A DNA stretch of 64,000 bases from Saccostrea cucullata (Eukaryota), in the NCBI RefSeq assembly GCF_032062105.1, contig NW_026925150.1:128655-192654 (forward strand). The letters are read 5' to 3'. Every line of letters begins with the position of its first letter. The stretch's first letter is position 1. Below are positions 33,851 to 47,070 of the stretch, in pieces. The position numbers and the translations under genes are program-made. Under the pieces are notes generated by a model. The model did not search any database and had not been told where the DNA came from. It saw only the letters and a list, made by a program, of their open reading frames with translations.

Positions 33851-36635
33851 TTTTGTTTCTTATCTTGGTGATTAAGGAGAGGTTACACCAAAACAAGCTG
33901 TTCTGATCAAAATTTGTCTATTGTCAGCGAAGTTGTTGTCATTGTCAGCATAAACTTTTCATCTTCACAAGAACGGTGATTCTGAACCACTGGGCTAATT
34001 CAACCAAACTTGCAACAAAGTATCCTTGGGTAAAGGGAATTCTAGTTTGTTCAAATGAAGGGCCACACCTGCTTCCAAGGTTGTACAAGTAATCTAAATT
34101 CATGTAAAAGACAGATGATATGTTCATCAATGATAATATATAATTTTCTCCAAGATTTTGTCATTGATTTACTAAGTACTACTTTAACATGTTTACTCAC
34201 CAAAATTAGAGGTATCTTACCATTCATTTATGGAAGATACCAGAGGATGTTGTTGCCTAATCCTTTAAGGAAAATACTTAATTTGCCAATATCACATTTT
34301 TTGGTGTTTTGAGTCTTTTAAGACATTAAGATTGATTGATTGATAATTACTGTTTAACGCCGAGTCTGTAATATCTCGGCCATATTTTGGCATTTAAGAC
34401 AATAAGAAACCTGTTAATAAGTCAAAAAGTAATTAGAATTTTTAATATGTTTCATACATTTTAAAGATTTACAAAATAGATATCTGAGGAACGTATTGGA
34501 CCATCCTGAACAAGATATATAATAGTTTCAGCTAAAACTAGGAAAGTAATAACATCCTTCGACCCGTTAAATATATAAGTTGGAAACAAGATAAATGCTG
34601 TTTCTGCATTTTCATTGACATTAAATTTCCTGCAGAAGCCAAATTGAAATTGTAATTATAAGCAAGGAACCAAAATGGACAATTGGATAATTACGAACCG
34701 ATTGAACCAAACAAGTGATATCAGGTTCACGTATCGTGAATTGAACCCTGGAAAAATAAAGCATGGTATACCGTCAAACGGTTTATTGTTGCAGTCTTAT
34801 TATGAATAATAAATACTGAAATGTAGTACTTAGAAAATCCACCATGTACATGAAAAGGCAATAATATCTTTAGAACGTAGTCTTTTATATTTTAGGAATA
34901 TATCATAACAGGAGCAAACATTCGAAAAGCCCACTCTTCAAACAATGTCGGTCATAAATACGAGCTTCACTTCATCCAGAACAGAACTGAATTTGAAGAA
35001 GTATGTAGTGGAAAACTCTTCCGGCTTGATGATGAAGCAATTAGTCGTTGCAAGAGGGAAGACTGTAAATCTGGAAAAAGCAGTGCTGAAGGTGGAAGTG
35101 GAGGCATTAATTTTAAACCCACACAACTGGCAGAGGTTGTTGCATCTAAGGATTTACTGGATTCAAAAAAATTTGGTAAGGTTTTGAAATTTATGCATAT
35201 GTAACTGGACTTTTAGTCAAAGACCAGAAGAGCTTAAGCTCTGGTAAAGTGTTTAATTTCTGACTGTCTTTAGCTCACTTCAACAAAGTTAGGTTTTGCT
35301 CATGCTATAGATGGTTTTATCTTTGACAAATTTTTCCTAGGAGTTATTTTCCGTAGCCGCCATCTTGTAGGGCAAAGCAGTGAATTTTCCTCTTTGAGCA
35401 AACAATTTTAATCATGCATGCCAGAAATATATGGAGGGAAATATTTACAGTCTCAAATTTATGAATTAACAGAGGCTTTAAAAAATGTATTTCCATATGA
35501 AAAATAGTGGTCACACTATTCACAATAACACCAGTGAATAGATTAAATATAGTGTTAGCTTTACCTCAGTAATCAGTATAACAAATTGAACTTAGTCATG
35601 TTGGTATGAGTTGCCCTACAACCTGGCAGCCATGGGGAATAAATCTTGCTTAAATTAGCTCAATGAAAAACCATCTTTGCGTTAGAATTCTGGGAGATGT
35701 TCTTTTACTTGTCTCTTAGACCTAAACCCCGCTATTAACGTTTGATAGGCTGTAAATGGCAAGGTTCTCCATAAGGGTTTTTTTCCATGGCGGCCCGCCC
35801 TGGTTAGATTTATGTGTGCCATGGTTAAAAGAGCTGCACCATATGCACCATGGTTAAAATCAGCAGCCACCATGATCAAATTTTATTGCATTTGAGTCCT
35901 GAACAACTAATTTTTTAATGACTTGAGTAGTTCATTGTGTTTATACTACGACTGCCATGAACCTGGCATGCCTCGAAGGCAAGCTGACTGTGCTAAACAA
36001 ACACGTCGTTAATCAGCGACTCATATGATGGAGTGAATCAGCTGATCAATATTTTTGAGAGTTTATTATCATGATTACACATCTACACATGTATTGTAAA
36101 TAATTTTGGGGAATTTAACATGTTCACTACATGATTAGATATATATCTGGTATATAAAAGATAACACATAACGACTTATGTCTTTTCCCCTTATCTGATT
36201 GGTTAATTGTAATTTAATACAGTTTAAATTAATATCTAACCAATCATATAAAGCGAAACAGAAAAGCAACTCAAAACCTCCAAAGTTGCCAATTGCGAAA
36301 ATTTTATGCATCCAATTAATAAATCGTCTGTATGCGGCATATCAAACATCAATGGAGGGGTTAGGTTAAATAGTTTTGAAGAAGAACATCTCCCTGACAG
36401 AGTGCTTGCAAAAATATGATAGGTAACACTGTTATTACCTTGGAAATCTGTTTCAAAGTGGGGAACCCCGCGTTTTTTTTTACAACTTTTGTTTCTTGTG
36501 TATTTTCATTATACCGAATAAGAACATTCTTTAAACGTGAGTAAAAGTAAAATCTGCTTGCATATATAACAACATATAGATGTTTTTGACGGGGAAATTT
36601 TATATTTTTGAGGAATTATACACTCTTACATTGTT

Positions 36636-37145
36636 TTTAGCTCACCTCGACAAAGTCAAGATGAGCTTATGCAATACACCTGGTGTTGGCGTCGATGTCT
36701 CTGTCGGCATCCCAGGTTCAAGTTTTCGGATCTAGTTCATTCCCTAGTAACTATAAGCCCTTCCTGAACCAAACTTGCATTGATGATGCATGTAGGGATG
36801 GACACTACCAGACTTGCTTTGGATGCTGGATCTGACCTACTTTTTCCAGATAATTGACCAGATTAAAGTTTTTGGAGCTGGTCCATTCCCCAAGAAACTA
36901 TAAGCTCTACCCGGACCAAACTTGCATGGATGATGCATCTAGGGATGGACACTTCCAGACTTGCTTCGGTTGCTGGATCTGACCTACATTTTCATTCCCA
37001 AGTAACTATAAGCCCTACCTGAACCAAACTTGCATGGATGATGCATCTAGGGATGGACACTACCAGACATGCTTCGGATGCTGGATCTGACCTTTATTTT
37101 CTAAAAAAGAGACCAGGTTAAAGTTATTGAACAGATCAATCCCAG
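36636..37145 (+). mobile_element. Second family with related head (TTTAGCTCACCTCGACAAAGTCAAGATGAGCTT), carrying ~135-165-bp subrepeats (..aactataagccctacctgaaccaaacttgcatggatgatgcatctagggatggacac..ctggatctgacct..)
   Basis: Three subrepeat units. Same subrepeat family as 63190..64000. Confidence 0.7.
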
Positions 37146-37530
37146 TGAACCTCCTAGTCCTAGATATGCAATATTAACAAAGTTATGAATATTTGTTTAC
37201 ACTAAATATGTTTTTCATGCTAGACGTTTAGAAATATGTATAAGCCACATAAGGGGTTAAACCGAACCTGCAAGAATATTATTGTCAGGATAAATACTAA
37301 CTTAAGAAAATATGATGTGAGATTTGCATTACTCACACTGATAACATTCGCCGCGGTGAGCTTCGTAATCTTTGACTACCTATGTTTTTAATTAAAAGGG
37401 TGGGGTGGAAGGGGGAGTATTATCCATACTTCAGGTGCCTGTGTTTTAATTTGCATAAAATCCACCTTTCTAAATGCTTGTATTTCAATTTTTGATAAGG
37501 TTATTCCGCCTTCCTATGATGTCATAGGTT

Positions 37531-38190
37531 TTTAGCTCACCTGAGCCAAAAGCTCAAGTGAGCTTTTTTGATCAAAATTTGTCCAACGTCTGTCGATGTT
37601 GTCGTTGTTGTTGTGGTCGTCGTCATAAACTTTTCACATTTTCATCTTCTTCTCAAGAACCACTGGGCTAAATTCAACCACACTTGGCACAAATTATCCT
37701 TGGGTGAAGGGGTTTCAGGTTTGTTCAAATGAAGTGCCACGCCCTTTTCCAAAGGGAGATAATCATGAATTTGTTAAAAATTAATGGCATTTTTAAAAAA
37801 TCTTCTCCAGAACCGCTGGGCCAGGAAAGATGAAACTCATATAGAATTATCCTCAGGAAGTGTAGATTCAAGTTTGCTCAAATCATGACCCCCTAGGCTA
37901 GGGTGGGGCGGAAATGGCCGACCCAAATTTTACATAGGAATATATAGGAAAAATCTTCTTCTCCAGAGCCACTGGGCCAGGAAAGGTGAAACTAATCATC
38001 CTCAGGTATTGTAGATTCAAGTTTGTTCAAATCATGACCCCCCGGGCAAGGGTGGGACCAAAATGGCTGACCCAAGTTTCACAAAGGAATATATTAGAAA
38101 AATCTTTAAAAATTTTCTTCTCAAGAACCACTAGGACAGGAAAGATGAAACTCATGTGGAATCATCCTCAGGTAGTGTAGATTAAATTTA
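37531..38190 (+). mobile_element. TIR-bounded element (R4, 3'-truncated) nearly identical in its head to R2
   Basis: tttagctcacctgagccaaaagctcaagtgagctttttt gatcaaaatttgtccaacgtctgtcgatgttgtcg.. then the satellite unit. Confidence 0.75.
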
Positions 38191-38728
38191 TACCCAATAG
38201 AACACTATCTTTTGGAAGAATGCTTTACAATAGGTGTAATGATGAATATTGTTAAATTAAAGAATTTAAAAAACAGTGAAAAATGCATATTTTCTTTATT
38301 GAATCAATTATTCAGTCTTTATAAATTACAATTATTCTTATAAAATTTATGTCGACAAGGGCAATAACTTCTTCTAGGGTCTCTTCATTCAGGCATTCAA
38401 ACTAATTTAATTTTCAGGAAAATATGAAAGTGTTTATAAAATACTGCAAATTTCTTACTTCTCTTACTTTTTCTTACTTTTATTCTTTTCCCTTTATCAC
38501 AAATGGGATCTTCAACGTTAAATTCCGAGAATAATAATTAGTGAATAGACTGTTGTTGAATAGATTTTACAAAGATTTCAGCACTGTAAAAATAGATGTT
38601 AGTGATTTTCTTTTGCAATGTAATGCTGCTCACGAAATTATGCCATAATTAATTCCATGCATAGTGTATATTTATGATTCTACAGTATCCAATTCTTCTC
38701 TTTATTTCTAGTCCTATAGGATTGTTTT

Positions 38729-38762
<34 letters not shown>

Positions 38763-40935
38763 CTACTGATTCTGAAGATTAAGATTATTCTTATTATTCT
38801 TTTTTTTGTTTTCTTCCTAGACGCCAACTTTGAGGCCTCATATCTCACTCATTTCTCAATGGATTTTGCTCAAATTTTCAGACATTATAGACGGTAATAA
38901 ACTCTTTCAGAATGCTGTCTAAAATTTCAAAAATTCACTTCCGGTTTTGAGTTAATTCCCTTTAAACGAAAAATTATAGGCTTTCATTTCCAGACAAAGG
39001 CTCAGAGACCACTAGAGCTGGAGCAGAAATTTTACTGGTTTTAGATAACAGAGGGATTGAAGTTGTGCACATCGGTTTTTGTTTTTCGATTTCTGTATTC
39101 AAAATGGCACTATATAGGGGTCAAAAAATAGAACGCATAAAAGAGCGAAAATTTACACATATTTTCCTTTTTATCTTGAAAACTAAAAATATTTTGTTAA
39201 GACATGTTGAACAAAAGTTGTGCATAATTGCAAGGGCTTTCATATAATACTATTCAAAAGGGGCTGGCCCCTATGATTAAGGATTTAGGGAGCTTGAAAG
39301 TTTTTGCTTTATAACTCAAAAACGGTAAATATTTCGATCTGGATTATACGAACAAAATTGTTCTTTGACACCTTTTTGATCTGATGAGAATGTTTATTTG
39401 TTCGAATATACCGGGGATATTGCGTAACACGAAGTAGAAAGCAGGCCAGGTAAACAGATAGCGTTTTTCAATCGGAAAGAAAATCAGACCTCTTCGTGTG
39501 TATAATTTACACAAACTTCCTATCAATAATATACCCTATGGTATTTAATGTTAAATTTCTACTAAAAAGTCTTTATATATGCTTTACGGTTCATTATTAA
39601 ATTATTTATATAACAATTAGTTTTTCTTTTTTATGTATTATTAATTAGTTTTATAGTGAACACGTCTTCATCGGAATATATTAAATCTATCTTTCTACGT
39701 TAAATATAATTATAAGTAATTTTAAGCTTTATTAATCGAATAATTCATGATCATTTAGTTGATCTCCACGTTCGCCAGCCTAGATGTTTGTAACAGTTGC
39801 GTAATCAAACGCGCCAATCCCACGCTCCGATCGGGGTCACTTGTGTACCAGCCACCTGTTGTCGTAAACAAAGCAAGTGTCTGTGATCGTGTTTAAAATC
39901 CATTGTGTACAAAGACCTATCAATTAATAGAAAATTGTGTTTTTAATTAATCGAATCAATAAGAATACGTCACCGATCTTACATTAAATCGCAATTCCTA
40001 AAACTGGTGCATAAAATCATTTTGAATTTTGATAACTTTCTTTGGCCTGTTCACGCAAAATTATTTCTCTATTCCGTGTTAATGTATTTTATCAAAATTG
40101 TAATTGAAAAGGGGCTTCGGCAAATAATTATAATTAGTGAAGGAAGTCTTGAGATAGGTAATGTACTATATGTACGTTTTATTTTTACCATCACTCTTTT
40201 GTTTCTCCATTATTTTTTTAACGTGCGTGGTCACAGAGAGCCGCAGGCATGTCGAATGTTAAAAACATCGTGTACTCCAACAGTGGAAATTGGCTTTGAA
40301 ATCACGTCGCCTTTTTCATATTACTGAATGACGGGTATTTTTTTTTTAGGTTTATAAATCCGTACAATTTAAACGCGTAAAATTTAACATAATTTATAAA
40401 ACGGCTCGTATAATTTTTTACACGGTATGTGTAAAAGTAATGCTTATTGCTACTAAGCTCACTCCATGGAGGTTATATAATTAGTATACTGTTAGTATTT
40501 TGAACACTTTTAAGCCAATCATCAATTGGGATCATACAGGTAAATCTCAATTAACTTGTATATAAATTAAACAAACATTATCAATTAATTTATAAGTTAG
40601 ACCTACATGGTTACTCTTTTTTAGTTTTTTTTAGAGACGCATAACTTCTGATAATGACTTAATAATTACAGCTCTTCCAATTAAATGTATACCCGTGTTT
40701 TCAATCTTGGACATTTTCTTCTGCTTCATATGCTTTGAATAAAACTTCGACCTCTTAATACGCTGTACTTAATTAAATACTTTCACTTCAATTATGTTAG
40801 TTTGAGTTGTCTCTCTTTGTTTTCGGTAAATATACCAGACATGCACGTGTGCCTAGCTATGTTTATAAAAAAAACATGAATCAAAGAAGGGCACATTGCT
40901 CATGTATATAAAGGTTATTTTTAAAAAATTATACC

Positions 40936-41302
40936 ATGCGCGGATCTAGAGGGGGGGTCGGGGGTCAGGACCCCCCCTTGGAATTTACCAGGTTAAAAAT
41001 GTACATACTTAAACAAGGAAAAAATTACCATGGACCCCCTTGGAAAACGCAGACCCCCCTGGACTATATGTGTAAAATGGGTATGAAAAGTTAAAGATTT
41101 GAGGCAAAAGAAGAAAAGAAGTCACTACCCCCCCCCCCACCCCTCACCCCACCCCCTAAAAAATACGTAGTGTGTTTAACACTACACTTAGGTAATACGT
41201 TTTTTTTTTTTTTTTTTTTTGCTTGTCAAGAAATTTCCGGGATATGATTTTTTTTTGACTGAGGTGGACCCCCCCTGGAAAAAATTTCTGGATCTGCGCC
41301 TG
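40936..41302. mobile_element. MITE-like element with TIRs GCGCRGATCYAGA, homopolymer-rich interior (C11, T23) and possible TATAC flanks
   Basis: tatacca TGCGCGGATCTAGAG ... TTCTGGATCTGCGCC tgtatac. Interior has gggggtcaggaccccccttgg and ccccccctgg blocks. Confidence 0.45.
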
Positions 41303-44300
41303 TATACAATTCATTATGTAATTTGTTTGCATTGTTTATATTGTTATATCAAATTAACATGTGTTTAATAACTCTCTCACTCTCTCTTTCTCTCTCTCTC
41401 TTACAAGTTACATAGGGTTTTTGGACACGTTATTTGTACACGTAAATGCATTCAATGTGATCTGGAATTTTACGTCTGATGTTTTGAATTTTTACGGACA
41501 TATTCAATTCGTAAAAGATCACCGTATAAAAATTTAAATCACCTTTTTTGACCCAAATTCGTAAAAATATACAGCAGTAAAAATTACCCATTATATGGTA
41601 TTTTATTTCACTCTATCTCATAGTTTGTTTTAATCAATAGTATTTGCTTTTTACACTTTATTAATTTCAAGTTTTATGCCTGATGAAATCAGGTGCTTTG
41701 ATCCTTTTCATGCCAGCACCTACCCCGACACAAGACCTTGATTTATCCGGTCTCATCCATAGGATCGGTCTCCACGCATCATTTCACAAGTCTCCAAATT
41801 TCAAATAAAACATTCTCATTGAAACTTTGATGCTTCCACATGTAAATGGCCGGTCATGTTTTGTTTGTCATGTACGTCTTCCATTTTCCGTCTGTCCGGC
41901 CATCCTTAAAAAAATGTTTGTTTGGAATTGCCGCCTGAAGGGTTTCAGACACAGGAGGGAGGGTGGGAAATTATTTTATTTTTTATAAATTGAAGATAAA
42001 CTTTTAATTTTTGATAAAAATCTCAGTAAACAGTAAAAACATTTTTTCTGACTTAAAAAAAAGCATCTACCATCAACAAAAAACCTAATTTTACATAGAT
42101 CTGAGACTATATTTCAGTGTTTTGTATGGTGCATGTGATACATGTAATGGGCAAAAAAATTGATTAAATAAAAAAAAATCTTCTTACTTTTGGTCAATAA
42201 AATTTTATCAGGAGGGGGGTATTTAAGTGAGGCGGGAGGCAATTCCAAACAAACTATAATTTTATTTTGGCCTACCCTCTTCCCCGCTTTGCGTTTACCT
42301 CAGTTTAAAGCTCAATTTCAAAGAAACTATTCAATTTTTTTTTATATTAAACGTCCTATGCTGATAAACATTGATGAGAGCTATTTTCCTGCATCAACAT
42401 ATTTTAACCTTGACCTTTCCTTTGAACTTAATATCACCTTTTATGAATTCTGTCTAAAGAGACCATTCAAGATAGTATCATCAAACTTCATGTGCCGATA
42501 TGTACTGATATGTGCTGATACATACTGTAGGCTAGCTACACGTTTGTAACTGCATAAACATTTTGTTTTACCTTTCCTTTGACCTTAACCTAACTTTTCT
42601 CAGGTTAGTGTTTAACTCAGAAACATACCATTCAAGACTATAAGTATTCTTTTACTTCTTTTTTACTTTGACCTCTTTTTTTTGACTTTGACCTCTCCTT
42701 TCACCTTGATCTTACCTTACCTAATTCATTGAGTATTAAGCTCAGTTTTGAAGAAAGCATTTATATTTTTACTCAGCTTCATATGCTGATACACTGTACA
42801 CACTTATGAGAGCTATCCAAACCTTAGTGTATAACAGATGCTCTAACTACTGTGCCAAACGGGCGACCTTTAGTTTTGAAGAATCCATTCAAGACATTTT
42901 TATCAAACTTTAGTATACTGATACAGTTTGATCTTGCACTTTCCTGTGACCTTGACCTCACTTGTCTTTAATTTGCAATTTGCATAGTATTAAAGAAACC
43001 ATTTGAGATATTTTATTGTAAGCTTATGCCTATATGCATTATCTGAACGGAATTTCCATTTTTAAGATTTCAATTTTTAAGAATCTATTCAAGATATTCT
43101 CAACAAACGTCATACACTCGTATTTCTAAATAAATCATCATGTAAATCATAGTTTTGAACCTAATAAATTCTTTCGATTCGATATATGCTCAATAAAAAT
43201 TTGACTGAACATATCCAGTCTTTTGGACGAGTCATTGTTACTGACAGAGAAACTTTAAATTCTCAACCGTATTTGTACCAGTGAAACATTGCTCATATAA
43301 TGCAGGGTGGGGCATGACCTTGTCTCAAGTTCTAGATCACTTAAGATAAGATGTTTTGGTTGGATATGAACTAAAAGAATATCTAAAAAAAACATACGTG
43401 AACTTTTCCACTCGGTAACACGCAGAGTATGTATTTTTATAACAGAGTTTGTCTTTGCTTGTTGCAAGGTCATTTAGAAAGTTCAAGGTCATGCACATAA
43501 CATTCTTTTACAGTCTTTTTCCTGGCGAAACATTGTAAGTTGCTTCCTCAACAAGCCTTTGGGTTGCTTACTTAAATAATTTTAGAATGGTTTGACCTAG
43601 ACTCAAGGTTACGTCTTCCCTTCCGTAGCTCCAACGGAAGACCTATTCGTTGCTTTGCAACGAGCTCGGCTCTAGTTTTCTCTAAGTTAATGGTCCTTTT
43701 GGATAAATCGAGGCACTGGCACCTATTGGCACATAGGACATCTGTTTATATAGCCCTATCCAAAGGACCTTTAATTTCTCAATGGAATGTTCAGAAGAAC
43801 TAAATATTTTAACTGATTTTAAAATTTTTTGTACTTCAGATATTTTAGCCATTCTGCAAAAGACCGAAAAATGTGAGCCAATGTACGCCAATGTTAACAC
43901 TCAAATCATCGAGAAGAGCAACAAATTTTACAGAAAGAAGGTGACGATACTGGATGAGACAGAAGAGGTTATCTTGAGTCTGGCTTCTGAAAAGAAGCAA
44001 AATGTAAGATATTAAATATTTTTTGTTTTGTCAATGAACAGTCACAATTTTTGTCTCAATTTGCTGTACAAAATTTGATACATATTTTAGAAGTTTTGGG
44101 TGCAGATTTCTTACAACAAAAAAACAATAAGGCCCACTGTAACCAAATTTGCATTGATAATGCATTCAAGAGGAATCTGAGGATGAATACAGTAAAACTC
44201 AGTTATAGCAAAGTTCTCGGGAACTGTGGATTTAATTCGCTATATGTGTAATTCGTTATATCCATATATAACGAATTTTGTATAACTTTAACTTATATAG

Positions 44301-46439
44301 CAAATTTGCAATATGCACAATTTCCTTCAAGAATTTCTACCAAATATATACTAGGGAAGCAATTATTACGAAATATACTTGAAATAAGTAAGGTTTTATT
44401 ATAGATAGAATTTTATATACAAATACCTAGTGAAAATAGAATAAGACTAAGTTCAAAGTATAAAATTTTGAGATCTTGGAAAATTCGTTATAAAAGATGT
44501 AAATTACATTATTTTTAATGTCTACGGGACTCAAAATCAGGCGCTGTATCCTTAAATTTGCTATATCAGAGTTTGTTATAACTGTAATATTTTATAAAGA
44601 ATTGTTAAGAATTTTGCCAGGGACCCTGAAAAACTTTGATATATCCATGAATTCACTATATCCGTGTTCTTACTAAACGAGTTTTACTGTACTCTCAGAC
44701 TTTCTGGATGAGACTGAGACAGTCGGCTGAGTGACAAAGTTTTTGGATAAGTCAGTTCCCAAGAACATGTATCATGACCAACATTGCTTAATGTTTTCAC
44801 AGATGTGTTTCCTGTGACAAAATGTTTCCAAATATATGTTGATTTGTGAATCTGAACCAATGAAAGTTTTAAAAGCATGCCTTTCTCATCAATTGTCTGT
44901 GTGTCTATCTGTCCATCTATTAACTTTTAAAGGATGAGGTGACGTTAACTGTTATCTGGGGCCCCTTTTTCTATGAGGAATTATCTTTAATCTACAGCAA
45001 TGTTGGTTGTTTTCAAACATGAGTGAATAAATACAATGCCTTTTGATTAGTTTCAATAGTTCAAACATATTTGAAATATAAAGAATACTGCATTATCTTC
45101 GATTTTTTAGACCCTATCACAGCTACTTTTTGCCAGGTTTGTGAGAATTTGTTCTTTTATGGCAAGAGAATGGGCGGGTCTTAGTACAATAGAGGGATAT
45201 GCGTGTCCGAGAAGACCTTATATGGCTATTAATATTATTCCGCACATAGTCATTGTCCAATCCGATGACAGAACAACAAAACATGCTGGTTTACTACGTT
45301 TACATTTTATCAAAGACACGTGGGTTAGGTCAATTTACCTGTTATCTTTTTCTACATTTTAAACTTTTATAATGGTCAGTCAAGACTGTTTATACTTAAT
45401 AATACGCATGGATTTTCAGCATTTACGTTTTTTAGGACAAAAAATGCACATGAAACTTGTATTCACTGATAACCGGGAATACGCGTAGACCTAGCGAATT
45501 GCTCACCAAACACGCTACAAAACCTTTAAACTAATGTATATTATTTATCAATTGTTTGTAAATGTATATAAATTTTACTGCCATCTCGGCTCGAAATTGT
45601 ACATAATCATGTAGATCCATGTCTATAATCTGCAGCTCAAATGCATAAAAAATTTCTAAAAGCAGTAAAATTCCAAGCATGTTTCCATAGTATTTTTGTA
45701 GTTCTCACTCGTAACAAATTTCATTCAGCTGATTGGTCAGTTAGAAAATATCGCCAGTGCTTTGATTAGCATATGAATTCATTCTTACGTCAGAAAATCT
45801 AGTTCCGTCGATCTGTTCTTAATGGGAAAGACTGGCTAGATTTAAAAAAAAAATAGCATGTGAGCGCAGATAGGTAAAATTTCTCCTTTTGCATATAAGT
45901 AGATATCAATAAAATACAGTGACCAGCCAAAGGAGAAAATTGTACCTACAGTCGTTTGGCCAGTTCCGGATTTTGGCCAGTTCCAAATAATTAGTAATGT
46001 AAGGACTGATAATTAATAAATTCAACGGTGTAAAAATAAATTGTTTCTATGGTAAGAAGGCTTATTTATAAGTGTTTGAATTATGCGAAGTTTTGATTTT
46101 TTACCCTCTGTTTGGTTTCGTTATCCTACTCGAAACAGTCGACATACTTTTACAACGCAACAAACGTGAATCACTGCGACGCGCAAGTCTCAAGAAAAAC
46201 CTCTGTAGATTTATAAATTTTTCACATAAAACCACGTTCTTGGTTTCAAAAGTAAGTTTGATATGTACTCTAACATGTACTATAAACTTGTCAGTAATAA
46301 ATATTTAGAACACTGGAAGATATCGAAATATTTTTGTCTTCTTATTTTACCAGTTCTGAATACCCATTTTAAACACTTTTATAAATTCACTCTTCGTTGT
46401 TTTCTTCATTGTAAGCCTGATTTATTATATCCCGGCTTG

Positions 46440-47070
46440 TAAAACAGGAAGAAGGGGGTATATAGTAAAGGAATGTTTGTCCATCCACCCGTCTTTATGT
46501 CTGTCTGTGCGTCTAGCTGTACGTCTGTCCGTCTGATATGCTCTAGGATATCCATTTCTTATCCACAACCTCTCTTCTACCACTGAATGAAGTTTAATGA
46601 AGCTTCACAGAATTTAATGAGTCTTCACAACATCTTTGTTTAACAGTGCCAAAGTAAAACTATTTTATTTTTTGGATCAGGCACATAATTTGGGCTCCCT
46701 GAGAAAAACATAGATACCGCTACTCTTTCCGTTTTTTCCTGATTATGACAACGAGCACACAGCGGGTGTGACCGGTTGGCAGGGGATGCTCACTCCTCCA
46801 TGGCACCTGATCCCACCTCTGATGTTTCGGAGGTCCGTGTTTGCTCTGCTCTTATTTTGTATAATTGTTTGATGGACGTTGAGATTGAGTACTGTTCGTT
46901 ATTTCCATATCCTTCTTTGTAATTGAAAGGTTTATCCATCTCTAATCCGCAATTCCTCCTATAACACTGAATAAGATTTAATGATACTTTCACAGAATCT
47001 TGATTACATTGTGACATAATGAACTTTTATTTTACTTTTTGATCTGACACTAATTTCGGGTCTCCCAGAG
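46440..47070 (+). repeat. Two tandem ~320-bp composite units containing the 22731-type repeat (46752..46990) plus an atccat.tct.atcc.caa..ctc..cta..cactgaat.a..tttaatga module
   Basis: 46545..46700 resembles 46905..47060. A (CGTCTGTC)n tract sits at 46495..46540. Confidence 0.5.
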
